Source of the DNA: Gammaproteobacteria bacterium
Lineage (GTDB): Bacteria; Pseudomonadota; Gammaproteobacteria; Magnimaribacterales; D2472
Assembly (NCBI GenBank): GCA_045564035.1
Contig: JBJLIA010000039.1
Location: forward strand, 1 to 50,669
Direction of reading: 5' to 3'
Length of the DNA: 50,669 nucleotides
The notes under the pieces are model-generated. The model was not told where the DNA came from. It was given only the letters and a program-made list of their open reading frames with translations, and ran no database searches. This document shows, in pieces, positions 32,849-41,319 of the stretch. The position numbers and the translations under genes were made by a program. How positions within the stretch are numbered: position 1 is the stretch's first letter; each line of letters begins with the position of its first letter.

Positions 32849-33011
32849 TTTTAAATTTAATTTTTTTTTGCACTTTTTTAATCCTCTGCTTGGCGACTAA
32901 AAAGCTAGTAACAATAATTGCAATGCCTACCAAATAAACCGACCAAACATAGATCCCATGACCTCCCATTTCTAAAATTTCATTAAGATTTTTAAAAGCT
33001 AGATTAAACAT
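32835..33011 (-). CDS. ccmD: Heme exporter protein CcmD (58 aa, below ORF-track cutoff)
   Basis: Manual translation MFNLAFKNLNEILEMGGHGIYVWSVYLVGIAIIVTSFLVAKQRIKKVQKKIKFKNASS; MGGHG.YVW..Y motif; between ccmC and ccmE. Confidence 0.88.
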   Translation of the reverse strand: MFNLAFKNLNEILEMGGHGIYVWSVYLVGIAIIVTSFLVAKQRIKKVQKKIKFKNASS

Positions 33012-33735
33012 TTTCTAAAGCCCATTTTTTATTTTTCTCTCTGGTTAATATATAAGAACGACTGCTTAAAATACCAAGAGCAATTAGTGTAAAACCAAGA
33101 CCAATTACTGAAATAAATAATGGGTACAACATAGAGGGATCAATTGAAGTATTGCCAGAGACTGAGATTGATGCTGGTTGGTGCAGTGTTGACCACCAAT
33201 CGACAGACTTCTTGATAATAGGAATGTTTACAACGCCGATGACCACGAGTATAGACATAAGCCGATCAGCCTTTTCTAAATTAGAAAAAGATCCATGAAG
33301 AGTTAAAATTCCCATATACATAATAAATAATATCAATGTTGATGTAATTCTTGCATCCCACTGCCACCAAGTCCCCCAGGTAGGAATGCCCCAAATTGAT
33401 CCTGAAAATAAACCTACAAATGTAATCATTGCGCCTATTGGTGCTGCAGATTTTATTAAATATGCTGCCAGCTTTACACGCCATACTAAGTGCATTAAAG
33501 CGCAAACAGCCATAAAGAAATAAATTAACTCAGCAAAAATTACAGATGGAACATGCAGGAATATGATGCGATAGGAATTGCCTTGAACTGCATCTTGAGG
33601 GGCAAATAATAAACCCCATGTCCATCCTAGCATCAACATAGAAATGCCAATCATTATAAAAAATGGATAAAGTTTATTCGTAAGATTTACAAAACTTTTT
33701 GGAGACGAGAACTTATGAATGAATGGTGTGATCAC
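33004..33735 (-). CDS. ccmC: Heme exporter protein CcmC
   Basis: IFLHVP, WWD domain GSIWGIPTWGTWWQWDARITS, WWSTLHQ. Confidence 0.95.
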   Translation of the reverse strand: MITPFIHKFSSPKSFVNLTNKLYPFFIMIGISMLMLGWTWGLLFAPQDAVQGNSYRIIFLHVPSVIFAELIYFFMAVCALMHLVWRVKLAAYLIKSAAPIGAMITFVGLFSGSIWGIPTWGTWWQWDARITSTLILFIMYMGILTLHGSFSNLEKADRLMSILVVIGVVNIPIIKKSVDWWSTLHQPASISVSGNTSIDPSMLYPLFISVIGLGFTLIALGILSSRSYILTREKNKKWALENV

Positions 33736-33760
33736 AACCAGTATTATAAACCTAAGTTGG

Positions 33761-34411
33761 CTAATCTATATGTGTTTTTAAAGCTGCCGAAATAATTAAT
33801 GGCATGATGGCTGACATGATCAATCCTATGCCTACCATCAACGTAATAATTGTAAAAAAGCCATCGTCATATTGAATGCTTCTTATAGCGCGCCCGAGCA
33901 AAATAATCACAGGCAATGCAAGTGGCAAAGAGGAGAGAACTCCCAACATAGCACCCTTATTAATTGATAATGCGTTACCGAAAGCAAACAGATTAAATAG
34001 CAAAAGATTTGAAAGGCTAAGCAATAAAAATACCTTGGCAAAACTACCAATGGAGACTCCATTAGCAAAGGAAAACAATGCACCAATGAATGCGATGGGG
34101 ATACCAATCAAACAGACATATACAAATATTTTAGAGAGAACTAGTTTATAAAAATCTTTTTCAATAAGAAATTCTTGTTCAAGAGATCCATCCTCAAAAT
34201 CTTCCTCGAACATACCTTCTGTTGCGACAAAAGAAGTCATTAGCAAAGAGACCACAATAATAGAGAAATAAAATTTATCTAAATCGTACTGAGAAATATC
34301 TATGCTTAGGGGAAATGCTATGAGAACGAGGACCATAATTAATAAAGGTCCCAACCAGGATTTTAATTTTTTTGATAGCTTGAAGGATTCTGCTTTGATT
34401 AATCTAAGCAT
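33761..34411 (-). CDS. ccmB: Heme exporter permease CcmB
   Basis: FEEDFEDGSLE, LPLALPVII; about 6 TMs. Confidence 0.88.
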   Translation of the reverse strand: MLRLIKAESFKLSKKLKSWLGPLLIMVLVLIAFPLSIDISQYDLDKFYFSIIVVSLLMTSFVATEGMFEEDFEDGSLEQEFLIEKDFYKLVLSKIFVYVCLIGIPIAFIGALFSFANGVSIGSFAKVFLLLSLSNLLLFNLFAFGNALSINKGAMLGVLSSLPLALPVIILLGRAIRSIQYDDGFFTIITLMVGIGLIMSAIMPLIISAALKTHID

Positions 34412-34989
34412 TCTCTGCCTCCAAATCTAAAACTTTACAATCAATCATTGGGTTAATATGAGAGGTCAAGATCAGGCTGACTCCCTCAGATAATTTTGTA
34501 TTAAGGAAATGGCTCAGCTGATCAGCTGTTGCTTGATCTAAGCCAACAAAAGGCTCATCAAGAACTATCAATTCTGAAGATTTTGCTAAAACCCTTATTA
34601 GAGCTAACTTTTTTTGTTGCCCAAAGGATAGACTGGCCGCAAGCTCATCCTGAACATGAAATAAACCAAACTTGTGAAGCCATTCGTAGGCAACTTTGAG
34701 CTCTGCATCATTGAAGAGCAACTCTAAGTTCTCAATTGGCGTAAGATAATTTTTAATGGCGTTCTTATGCCCAAGGTATGAAGTGTTCAGGTCTGGATTG
34801 AGCCTCTCAATCAGGCCTTTGGACGGTGAAGTGATGCCTAAAATAATTCTTAGTAATGTGCTTTTTCCAGAGCCATTCCCACCTTTAATATGCAATCCTT
34901 CTCCAGAATTTATCTGCAAAAGACAGGTTGTGAAATAGCTTATTTTCATTTATGGAATATGTAATATTTTGAGCTGAGACAAGCTTCAT
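34404..34989 (-). CDS. ccmA: Heme ABC exporter ATPase CcmA (apparent +1 frameshift near 34920)
   Basis: GGNGSGKST, YLGH, LSFGQQKK, LDEPF, LTSH; proper N-terminus MKLVSAQNITYSINENKLFHNLS from ATG 34989 in an adjacent frame. Confidence 0.88.
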
Positions 34990-34995
34990 GCAATT

Positions 34996-35511
34996 CTAAT
35001 TTAAAAGTGATTTTGCCCTTATTGTAAGGGAAGGAAGTGGATTTTGCGGATCTAATCGTAGATAAAACCTTTTAGCTAATTCAGCAAATGGATTAACGCC
35101 ACTATCCCCAAGACCTCCTACTGAAAAATATAATGATTTTGAAAAAAATATCCCTTGCTCTAATTGAGGTACTTTATTCAGTAAGGTATTAAGTTTGCCA
35201 ATGCTTTGAGCTGCTCCCTTAAATTTATTACCAAAATGATACCAGCCCCAAAACTGATACTCGCTTCTAGAAAAATGAAAAAGTTGAGCTCGAGCATCTT
35301 TTTTAGGAAAGGCTCCTGCAGGGATTATAGAAATAGCTGATGAATTTAACTCAGCAATAATTGAATCCAACAATGTTGGCAAATCTTCTATTGACTGAAA
35401 GGGGCAAAGTAGACACTCTACCCCTTCCTCTATTTGATAAGATTTAACTCTTGACAGTCTTTCCTTGGAACCAATAATTACATAGCTAACATTAGGAAAA
35501 ACCTCTGACAC
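34996..35511 (-). CDS. Hypothetical protein, degenerate GT2-like
   Basis: GTG start; EQGIFFSKSLYFSVGG resembles the DQGLFVRR..F..VGGF segment of TIGR04283-type GT2 proteins. Confidence 0.5.
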   Translation of the reverse strand: MSEVFPNVSYVIIGSKERLSRVKSYQIEEGVECLLCPFQSIEDLPTLLDSIIAELNSSAISIIPAGAFPKKDARAQLFHFSRSEYQFWGWYHFGNKFKGAAQSIGKLNTLLNKVPQLEQGIFFSKSLYFSVGGLGDSGVNPFAELAKRFYLRLDPQNPLPSLTIRAKSLLN

Positions 35512-35517
35512 ACCAAA

Positions 35518-36816
35518 TTATTCAGCTTTTGCCAAAGCTTGATCAATGTCAGCGAGAATATCATCGATATGCTCAAGTCCAATTGATAACCTAATATAGC
35601 CAGAGCTTATTCCGCCTGAGGCTAACTCTTCTTCATTTAGTTGAGAATGAGTTGTACTCGCTGGATGAATGGCGAGACTCCTTGAGTCACCAATGTTCGC
35701 TACGTGATAAAGCATCTCTAGTGAATTAATAAACTTCTTACCTGCTTCATGGCCACCTTTAATCTCAAAGCCTAAAAGCCCACCACAACCGTTGGATAAA
35801 TATTTATCTGCTCTTTCTTTTGGCAAACCTGAAGATGTTCCAGGATAAGCAACCCTTTCAACCATAGGATGATTGCTAAGGTGTTCCGCAACCTTTTGTC
35901 CATTCGCTGAATGTTCTCTCATTCTTAAGTTCAATGTTTCTAGACCTTGAATGAACATAAAGGCATTAAAAGGACTCATTGCAGCCCCCATATCCCTCAA
36001 CAATGTAGTTCTTGCTTTTAAAATATAAGCTATTGGCCCCAATGCTTTCACAGCTTCAGTCCAAATAACTCCGTTGTAATTTGGATCAGGCTGATTAAGC
36101 TTCGGCTGTCTATCGGGATGCGCTTCCCAATCAAAGTTACCGCCATCAACTATAACTCCACCAATAGAAGTTCCATGACCGCCAATGTATTTTGTTGCTG
36201 AATGAATAATGATTGCTGCCCCCTCGTCAAATGGACGACAGATCAAAGGTGCTGCAGTATTGTCCACAATCAGGGGAATGCCCAGTGGTCTTCCAAGATC
36301 TGCAACCTCTTGTAATGGAAAAACTTGAAAACTTGGATTAGGAAGAACTTCACCATAATAAGCTCTTGTCTTATCATCCGTGGCATCAATAAAGTTTTGT
36401 GGGTCGGTTGGGTCAACAAATCTAACCTCTATTCCCATATCAGAGAATGGATTTTTAAACTGATTATAGGTACCGCCATAAAGATGTGATGAAGCAACAA
36501 AATTATCGCCGTGTGTACAAAGATTTTGAATTGCATAAGCTGATGCTGCTTGCCCTGAAGCAAGCCCCAATGCAGCAACTCCTCCTTCTAATTCAGCAAT
36601 TCTTTCTTCAAATACTGCATTTGTTGGATTCATAATCCTTGAGTAGATATTTCCTAACTCACTTAAGGCAAATAAATTTGCTGCATGATCTGTGCTATCA
36701 AATTGATAGCTAGATGTCATGTGTATGGGAACAGTTACTGAATTAGTTGTTTCATCTTTTCTCCAGCCTGCATGAAGTGCAATTGTTGCCGGGTTTGTAT
36801 ATTTTTTGTCAGTCAT
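35518..36816 (-). CDS. metY: O-acetylhomoserine aminocarboxypropyltransferase/sulfhydrylase
   Basis: IYSRIMNPT, ASGQAA, VDNT, PLP lysine HSATKYIGGHG, ANIGD, IHPASTTHSQL. Confidence 0.93.
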   Translation of the reverse strand: MTDKKYTNPATIALHAGWRKDETTNSVTVPIHMTSSYQFDSTDHAANLFALSELGNIYSRIMNPTNAVFEERIAELEGGVAALGLASGQAASAYAIQNLCTHGDNFVASSHLYGGTYNQFKNPFSDMGIEVRFVDPTDPQNFIDATDDKTRAYYGEVLPNPSFQVFPLQEVADLGRPLGIPLIVDNTAAPLICRPFDEGAAIIIHSATKYIGGHGTSIGGVIVDGGNFDWEAHPDRQPKLNQPDPNYNGVIWTEAVKALGPIAYILKARTTLLRDMGAAMSPFNAFMFIQGLETLNLRMREHSANGQKVAEHLSNHPMVERVAYPGTSSGLPKERADKYLSNGCGGLLGFEIKGGHEAGKKFINSLEMLYHVANIGDSRSLAIHPASTTHSQLNEEELASGGISSGYIRLSIGLEHIDDILADIDQALAKAE

Positions 36817-36877
36817 TCTTTTCTCCAGTAATTTTCTATTAAATTCAGGCTAAGCTCAAAAATTCTATTAATTGGAA

Positions 36878-36930
36878 TCTTGTTTAGCAACATTTATAAA
36901 GCGCGTGCAAGCCAGTCAAAAATGCGCTTT
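36878..36930 (-). promoter_or_regulatory. SAM-II-type riboswitch aptamer
   Basis: Minus strand AAAGCGC-ATTTTTGACTGGCTTGCAC-GCGCTTT-ATAAATGTTGCTAAAC: 7-bp P1, TTTG...GCTTGC loop and 3' GCTAAA pseudoknot strand; directly upstream of metY. Confidence 0.8.
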
Positions 36931-37098
36931 TTAATTATATACATTTTTATCAATTTATCCTTAAAATATTAATTCAGTAACAAAACTACAAAAAAAAATA
37001 GCAATTTGTAGCTTTAGATAAAGGGCTTGCAAATTTTATTGACAATTTTGATGATAATATTTTTCAATTCACTACATAAATTATTTTTGGATATAACA

Positions 37099-37497
37099 AT
37101 GGCTAAAAAATACGTAAACTTCAGGGTTGGTGGTTCTCCATACAAAGTCACTGACGACTACTCAGTTTGGACCAATGATTTGTTAGGCAAAGTTATAGCT
37201 AGTAAAACAGTTATCCAGCCTGGTAAATCAACTATTGGTCATAGGTTGAGTGATTCAGATGTCGTTTACATGATAGTAAATGGAAGAGGAATGATGGAAG
37301 TCATAGAATATATGAACTCAATGGAAGGCCATGGAAAAGATCCTAGCCAAGGCATTGAACATCAAGATTCTTTTGCCCTGACTGCTGGCGACGTCATTCT
37401 AGTCCAATCTGGAGATTTCGTGAAAGTAATAAATGAATCAGAGCATGATCAACTGGCCTACCTAAGAGTGTTTGACCGAGAGGGCTGGAGAATTTAG
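37099..37497 (+). CDS. Cupin-fold protein with degenerate metal site
   Basis: IQPGKSTIGH...VYMIVNGRGMM...LTAGDVILVQSGDFVKVIN; ATG 37099 preferred. Confidence 0.7.
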   Translation: MAKKYVNFRVGGSPYKVTDDYSVWTNDLLGKVIASKTVIQPGKSTIGHRLSDSDVVYMIVNGRGMMEVIEYMNSMEGHGKDPSQGIEHQDSFALTAGDVILVQSGDFVKVINESEHDQLAYLRVFDREGWRI

Positions 37498-37498
37498 T

Positions 37499-39442
37499 TC
37501 AATTTGGAGGACTAGAATCTTTTTCTAGCAACTCGATGGCTTCCTCGATGGTATAGGTATTAGTTTCATTTTCTCTTAAATTTCTTATAGATACTGTTCC
37601 AGCCAACATCTCATCTTTCCCAATAACTGCCATCAATGGTACCTTCGCATTGCTGTGCTCTCTTATTTTATACCCAATCTTTTCATTCCTATCATCAAGC
37701 TCAACACGTAAATTGATTGCATTAAATTTTTCTTTTAAACTCATTGCAAACTCATTAACTTCATCAGTAACTGTTAGGATTGATAATTGAGTTGGCGCTA
37801 ACCACAAAGGTAATTTACCGGAATAATTTTCAATTAAAATGCCAATAAATCTCTCAAAAGAACCGAGAATTGCTCGGTGCATCATGACAGGTTGGTGTTT
37901 TGAACCATCTTCACCTATGTATTCAGCCTCCAGTCTATCCGGCAGATTAAAGTCCGCTTGAAAAGTCCCACATTGCCACTCACGCCCAATTGCATCAGTT
38001 AAGACAAAATCCAACTTTGGACCATAAAAAGCTCCTTCTCCTGCTTCAAGGGTATAAGGAATATCAAGTTTTTTAATAGCAGATTCTAACGCTGCCTCTG
38101 CTTTGTCCCAAACTTCGTCTGATCCAACTCTTGTTTCGGGTCTGGTAGACAGCTTGATATCAAAAGATTCAAACCCAAGCTGAGTATAAATTTCTGATAA
38201 CAAAGATATGAAATCGGCTGTTTCGCTCTCTATTTGATCTTCTGTACAAAAAATATGGCCATCATCTTGGGTGAAACCTCGCACTCTCATAAGGCCATGC
38301 ATGGTGCCTGAAGCTTCGTATCTGTGGCATGATCCGAACTCTGCAAGTCTTACAGGAAGGTCTCTGTAAGATTTAAGGCCTTGATTGTAAACCTGAACAT
38401 GACAGGGGCAGTTCATAGGCTTCAAAGCATTTACCCTCTTCTCATTCGCATGCTCTTCATCAATTTCTGTAATGAACATGTTTTCACGATATTTATCCCA
38501 ATGACCTGAGGCCTCCCAAAGCTTTCGATCCACCACGAGTGGGGTATTGATTTCTTCATAACCATTAGCGATCTGTTTACTTCTTATATAGTTTTGCAAA
38601 GCTACATATATAGACCAGCCTTTTGCATGCCAAAAAACCATTCCAGGAGCTTCCTCTTGCAAATGAAATAAATCCATTTCTTTGGCAAGCTTTCGATGGT
38701 CTCTTTTTTCAGCCTCCTCTATAAGAGTTAAATATTTTTTGAGATCTTTTTCATTTTTCCATGCTGTGCCATAGATACGTGAAAGCATTTCATTTTTTGA
38801 ATCCCCCTTCCAATAGGCACCTGCAATCTTTGTGAGTTTAAAAGCTCCAACTTTATCAAGGCTTGGCAAGTGAGGGCCGCGACATAAATCTACAAAGCCT
38901 GAGTCGCCTTGATTGTAGACTTGAAAATGGTCTTCCTGTTCTGAGTCCTCAATAATCTTAACCTTATAATCTTCTTGGATATCGGCAAAACTTTTGATTG
39001 CTTCTTTCTTTGAAAGAATAGCTTTAGTGATGGCAGATTTTTCTGCAACAATCTTTTCCATTTCCTTCTCTATTTTCGGTAAATCATCAACAGAAACTCT
39101 TTTATCAGATAAAAAATCATAATAAAAACCATTTTCAATAGTTGGTCCAATTGCTAATTTTGCTTTTGGATACAGATTTTTGATCGCGCGAGCTAACACC
39201 TGAGCAGCAACTGTATGACGCATGATTTCTAAACCTTCATCTGAATCAATAGTATAAATAGAAATATCAGAATCTTTAATTACTTCATCGCTCAAATCTC
39301 TTTGTTCACCATTAACGCTAAATGCAATAGCAGCTTTAGCAAGTCCAGTGCCGATCATGTTTGCAATTTCGAGACCGCTTACGCCAACAGGAGCTTGCTT
39401 CTGAGATCCGTCAGGAAGTGTAATGGTGATTTCTTTGCTCAT
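37499..39442 (-). CDS. thrS: Threonine--tRNA ligase
   Basis: TGS domain, DLCRGPH, RDHRKL, KPMNCP, GLMRVRGFTQDD, AFYGPK, HRAILGSFERF. Confidence 0.97.
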   Translation of the reverse strand: MSKEITITLPDGSQKQAPVGVSGLEIANMIGTGLAKAAIAFSVNGEQRDLSDEVIKDSDISIYTIDSDEGLEIMRHTVAAQVLARAIKNLYPKAKLAIGPTIENGFYYDFLSDKRVSVDDLPKIEKEMEKIVAEKSAITKAILSKKEAIKSFADIQEDYKVKIIEDSEQEDHFQVYNQGDSGFVDLCRGPHLPSLDKVGAFKLTKIAGAYWKGDSKNEMLSRIYGTAWKNEKDLKKYLTLIEEAEKRDHRKLAKEMDLFHLQEEAPGMVFWHAKGWSIYVALQNYIRSKQIANGYEEINTPLVVDRKLWEASGHWDKYRENMFITEIDEEHANEKRVNALKPMNCPCHVQVYNQGLKSYRDLPVRLAEFGSCHRYEASGTMHGLMRVRGFTQDDGHIFCTEDQIESETADFISLLSEIYTQLGFESFDIKLSTRPETRVGSDEVWDKAEAALESAIKKLDIPYTLEAGEGAFYGPKLDFVLTDAIGREWQCGTFQADFNLPDRLEAEYIGEDGSKHQPVMMHRAILGSFERFIGILIENYSGKLPLWLAPTQLSILTVTDEVNEFAMSLKEKFNAINLRVELDDRNEKIGYKIREHSNAKVPLMAVIGKDEMLAGTVSIRNLRENETNTYTIEEAIELLEKDSSPPN

Positions 39443-39567
39443 GATAATAGTCCTTGCGCCCTATTCTAATATTTTTATCTCGAAAGGTATATTTTAGGTA
39501 AAACTTTTCATTAACTCTCCTTTAATTTAACATGAGCAACATTTGATATAACAAACTCTTAGCAAAA

Positions 39568-39642
39568 GCCTTCTTAGTTAAACGGATATAACAACTCCCT
39601 CCTAAGGAGTAGTTCTAGGTTCGATTCCTGGAGAGGGCACCA
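39568..39642 (+). tRNA. tRNA-Arg (CCT)
   Basis: GCCTTCT...ACTCC-CTCCTAA-GGAGT...CTAGGTTCGATTCCTGG-AGAGGGC-ACCA. Confidence 0.93.
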
Positions 39643-39660
39643 AAATTTATCACAAATAAT

Positions 39661-40239
39661 ATGAAAAATTCATTGCCAAAAAGGCGACTGCAGCGTCCAG
39701 CCACAGATCTAGACTTCTTTATCAATACATTTTATCAAGTTTTAACTCGACATTTTTTAACTATGTCACTTATTGCGGGAACCTGTATTTTTTTATCGAT
39801 TGATTCATTTAAAAATTCTATTTATCTAGATCCCATCATTTCTTATCCAATTTTCTATTTTTTTGTTCTGTTTGCTATGTTTTTGTTTTTTATTGCATTC
39901 TATTTAAACAGAAGGCACAAAATTGAGCAGATTCATTTGGCTTGGTTAACTTACTTATTTTTTATTTCTATAGTTGAGGAATTAGCTTTTAGGATGATAT
40001 TACCCATTTTATTAAGCGGAACATTCGGCATGTTATCTGCGATTTTATTAAGTAACTTTATATTTGCATACATTCATTATGTAACGCTTCGATGGAAGTT
40101 TATAAATTGTATCGTTGCATTTATCGGAGGCCTTGGACTAAGTAGGCTTTTAGTAAGCACTGAAGATATAGCGATTCTTATTTTGGTCCATTACTTTTTC
40201 ACTTTTCTTAATACCCCTCTTCCACCAGAGCGGAGATAA
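39661..40239 (+). CDS. CPBP (Abi/CAAX type II) intramembrane protease
   Basis: EELAFR, FAYIH and C-terminal VHYFFT motifs; multiple TMs. Confidence 0.75.
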   Translation: MKNSLPKRRLQRPATDLDFFINTFYQVLTRHFLTMSLIAGTCIFLSIDSFKNSIYLDPIISYPIFYFFVLFAMFLFFIAFYLNRRHKIEQIHLAWLTYLFFISIVEELAFRMILPILLSGTFGMLSAILLSNFIFAYIHYVTLRWKFINCIVAFIGGLGLSRLLVSTEDIAILILVHYFFTFLNTPLPPERR

Positions 40240-40344
40240 TCTGAAAAGGGTAATTGCTAAGGGTTTGTTAGATTTGTAACTATTCCCACTCAATAGCTGC
40301 TAATGGTTTACTGGAAGTGTCATATGTCATACAAAAAATTTCAC

Positions 40345-41319
40345 TCACTCTGAGTAAAGATTTTTAATAGGTTGACCATTTTGAATATTCTTAATATTTT
40401 GAAAAAATAATTCAAATGCTCTGATTAGAGATTTTAGTGAGTGAGCTGAATCATGAGCTGAAATAAAGCAATTCTTAGCCGTCCAAAGCAAAGAGGAATT
40501 CTCAAGAGGCTCATTCTTTGTTGTATCCAATGCAGCCACAGAAATTTCTTCACTATTCAGCGCTTTGGCGAGATCTTGTTCGATAATTGCGCTGCCACGA
40601 CCTACATTGATTAACATTGCTGAGTTATTAAGTTTTTTTAGAAAGTCTGCATTGACAATGTCTCTAGTTTCACTGCTATCAGGTAAAGCAAGCACCAAGT
40701 AATCAGTTAAAGGAAGCAATGCCTCAAGCTGATCTAGTTCCAAGACCTCATCAGCATACTCATCATCTGCTGGATTACGTTTGATCCCAGTAACCCTCAT
40801 GCCAAAAGCTTTGCCTAACTTAGCTACTTGTTTGCCAATACCTCCATAGCCCAGGATTACTAAAGTTTTATCTGTAAGCTCGCCATCTCCAGCTATTGGA
40901 GCCCAGTGCTTAGATTGTTGAAACTCAATGTGTTGATCTATTCTCTTATTCCACCTTAAAATTTGTGAAAAAACATAATGGGCAATAGGAATTGCATAAA
41001 CACTGCTTGCATTGGCAATTTGAATATTTTCTATTTTTAAAACATCTTGAAGTATTGGTGCATCCATTCCAGCAAATCCACTTTGAATAAACTTCATTCG
41101 CTTAGATAAACTCAATAAAGAACTATGAATATTTGGATTATCTCTTGCTGCAAATAAAAATTGATAGCACATAAATAATGCATCTGATTCAGGAATAGTT
41201 TCCCAATCTGGGCTTGATGAGTCTAACGGATTCAAAGCTATAATTTCCATTGATGCATCCAATGCAAGCAGCTTAGACCGGTACAAACTATTATTATCTT
41301 CAGATATAACTATTCTCAT
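40345..41319 (-). CDS. D-2-hydroxyacid dehydrogenase family protein
   Basis: GYGGIG, LINVGRG, LDTTKNEPL, ISAHDS. Confidence 0.85.
   Translation of the reverse strand: MRIVISEDNNSLYRSKLLALDASMEIIALNPLDSSSPDWETIPESDALFMCYQFLFAARDNPNIHSSLLSLSKRMKFIQSGFAGMDAPILQDVLKIENIQIANASSVYAIPIAHYVFSQILRWNKRIDQHIEFQQSKHWAPIAGDGELTDKTLVILGYGGIGKQVAKLGKAFGMRVTGIKRNPADDEYADEVLELDQLEALLPLTDYLVLALPDSSETRDIVNADFLKKLNNSAMLINVGRGSAIIEQDLAKALNSEEISVAALDTTKNEPLENSSLLWTAKNCFISAHDSAHSLKSLIRAFELFFQNIKNIQNGQPIKNLYSE

Noticed and set aside
39545-39598. GATATAACAA repeated just upstream of and inside tRNA-Arg
   Set aside because: Only 10 nt, AT-rich, matches the D-arm region rather than a 3' att site; upstream copy is plausibly a -10 element
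40280-40348. Tiny minus-strand ORF (V/M)SEIFCMTYDTSSKPLAAIEWE considered as PqqA or a peptide precursor
   Set aside because: No E-x3-Y PqqA motif, no maturation genes nearby, no other support
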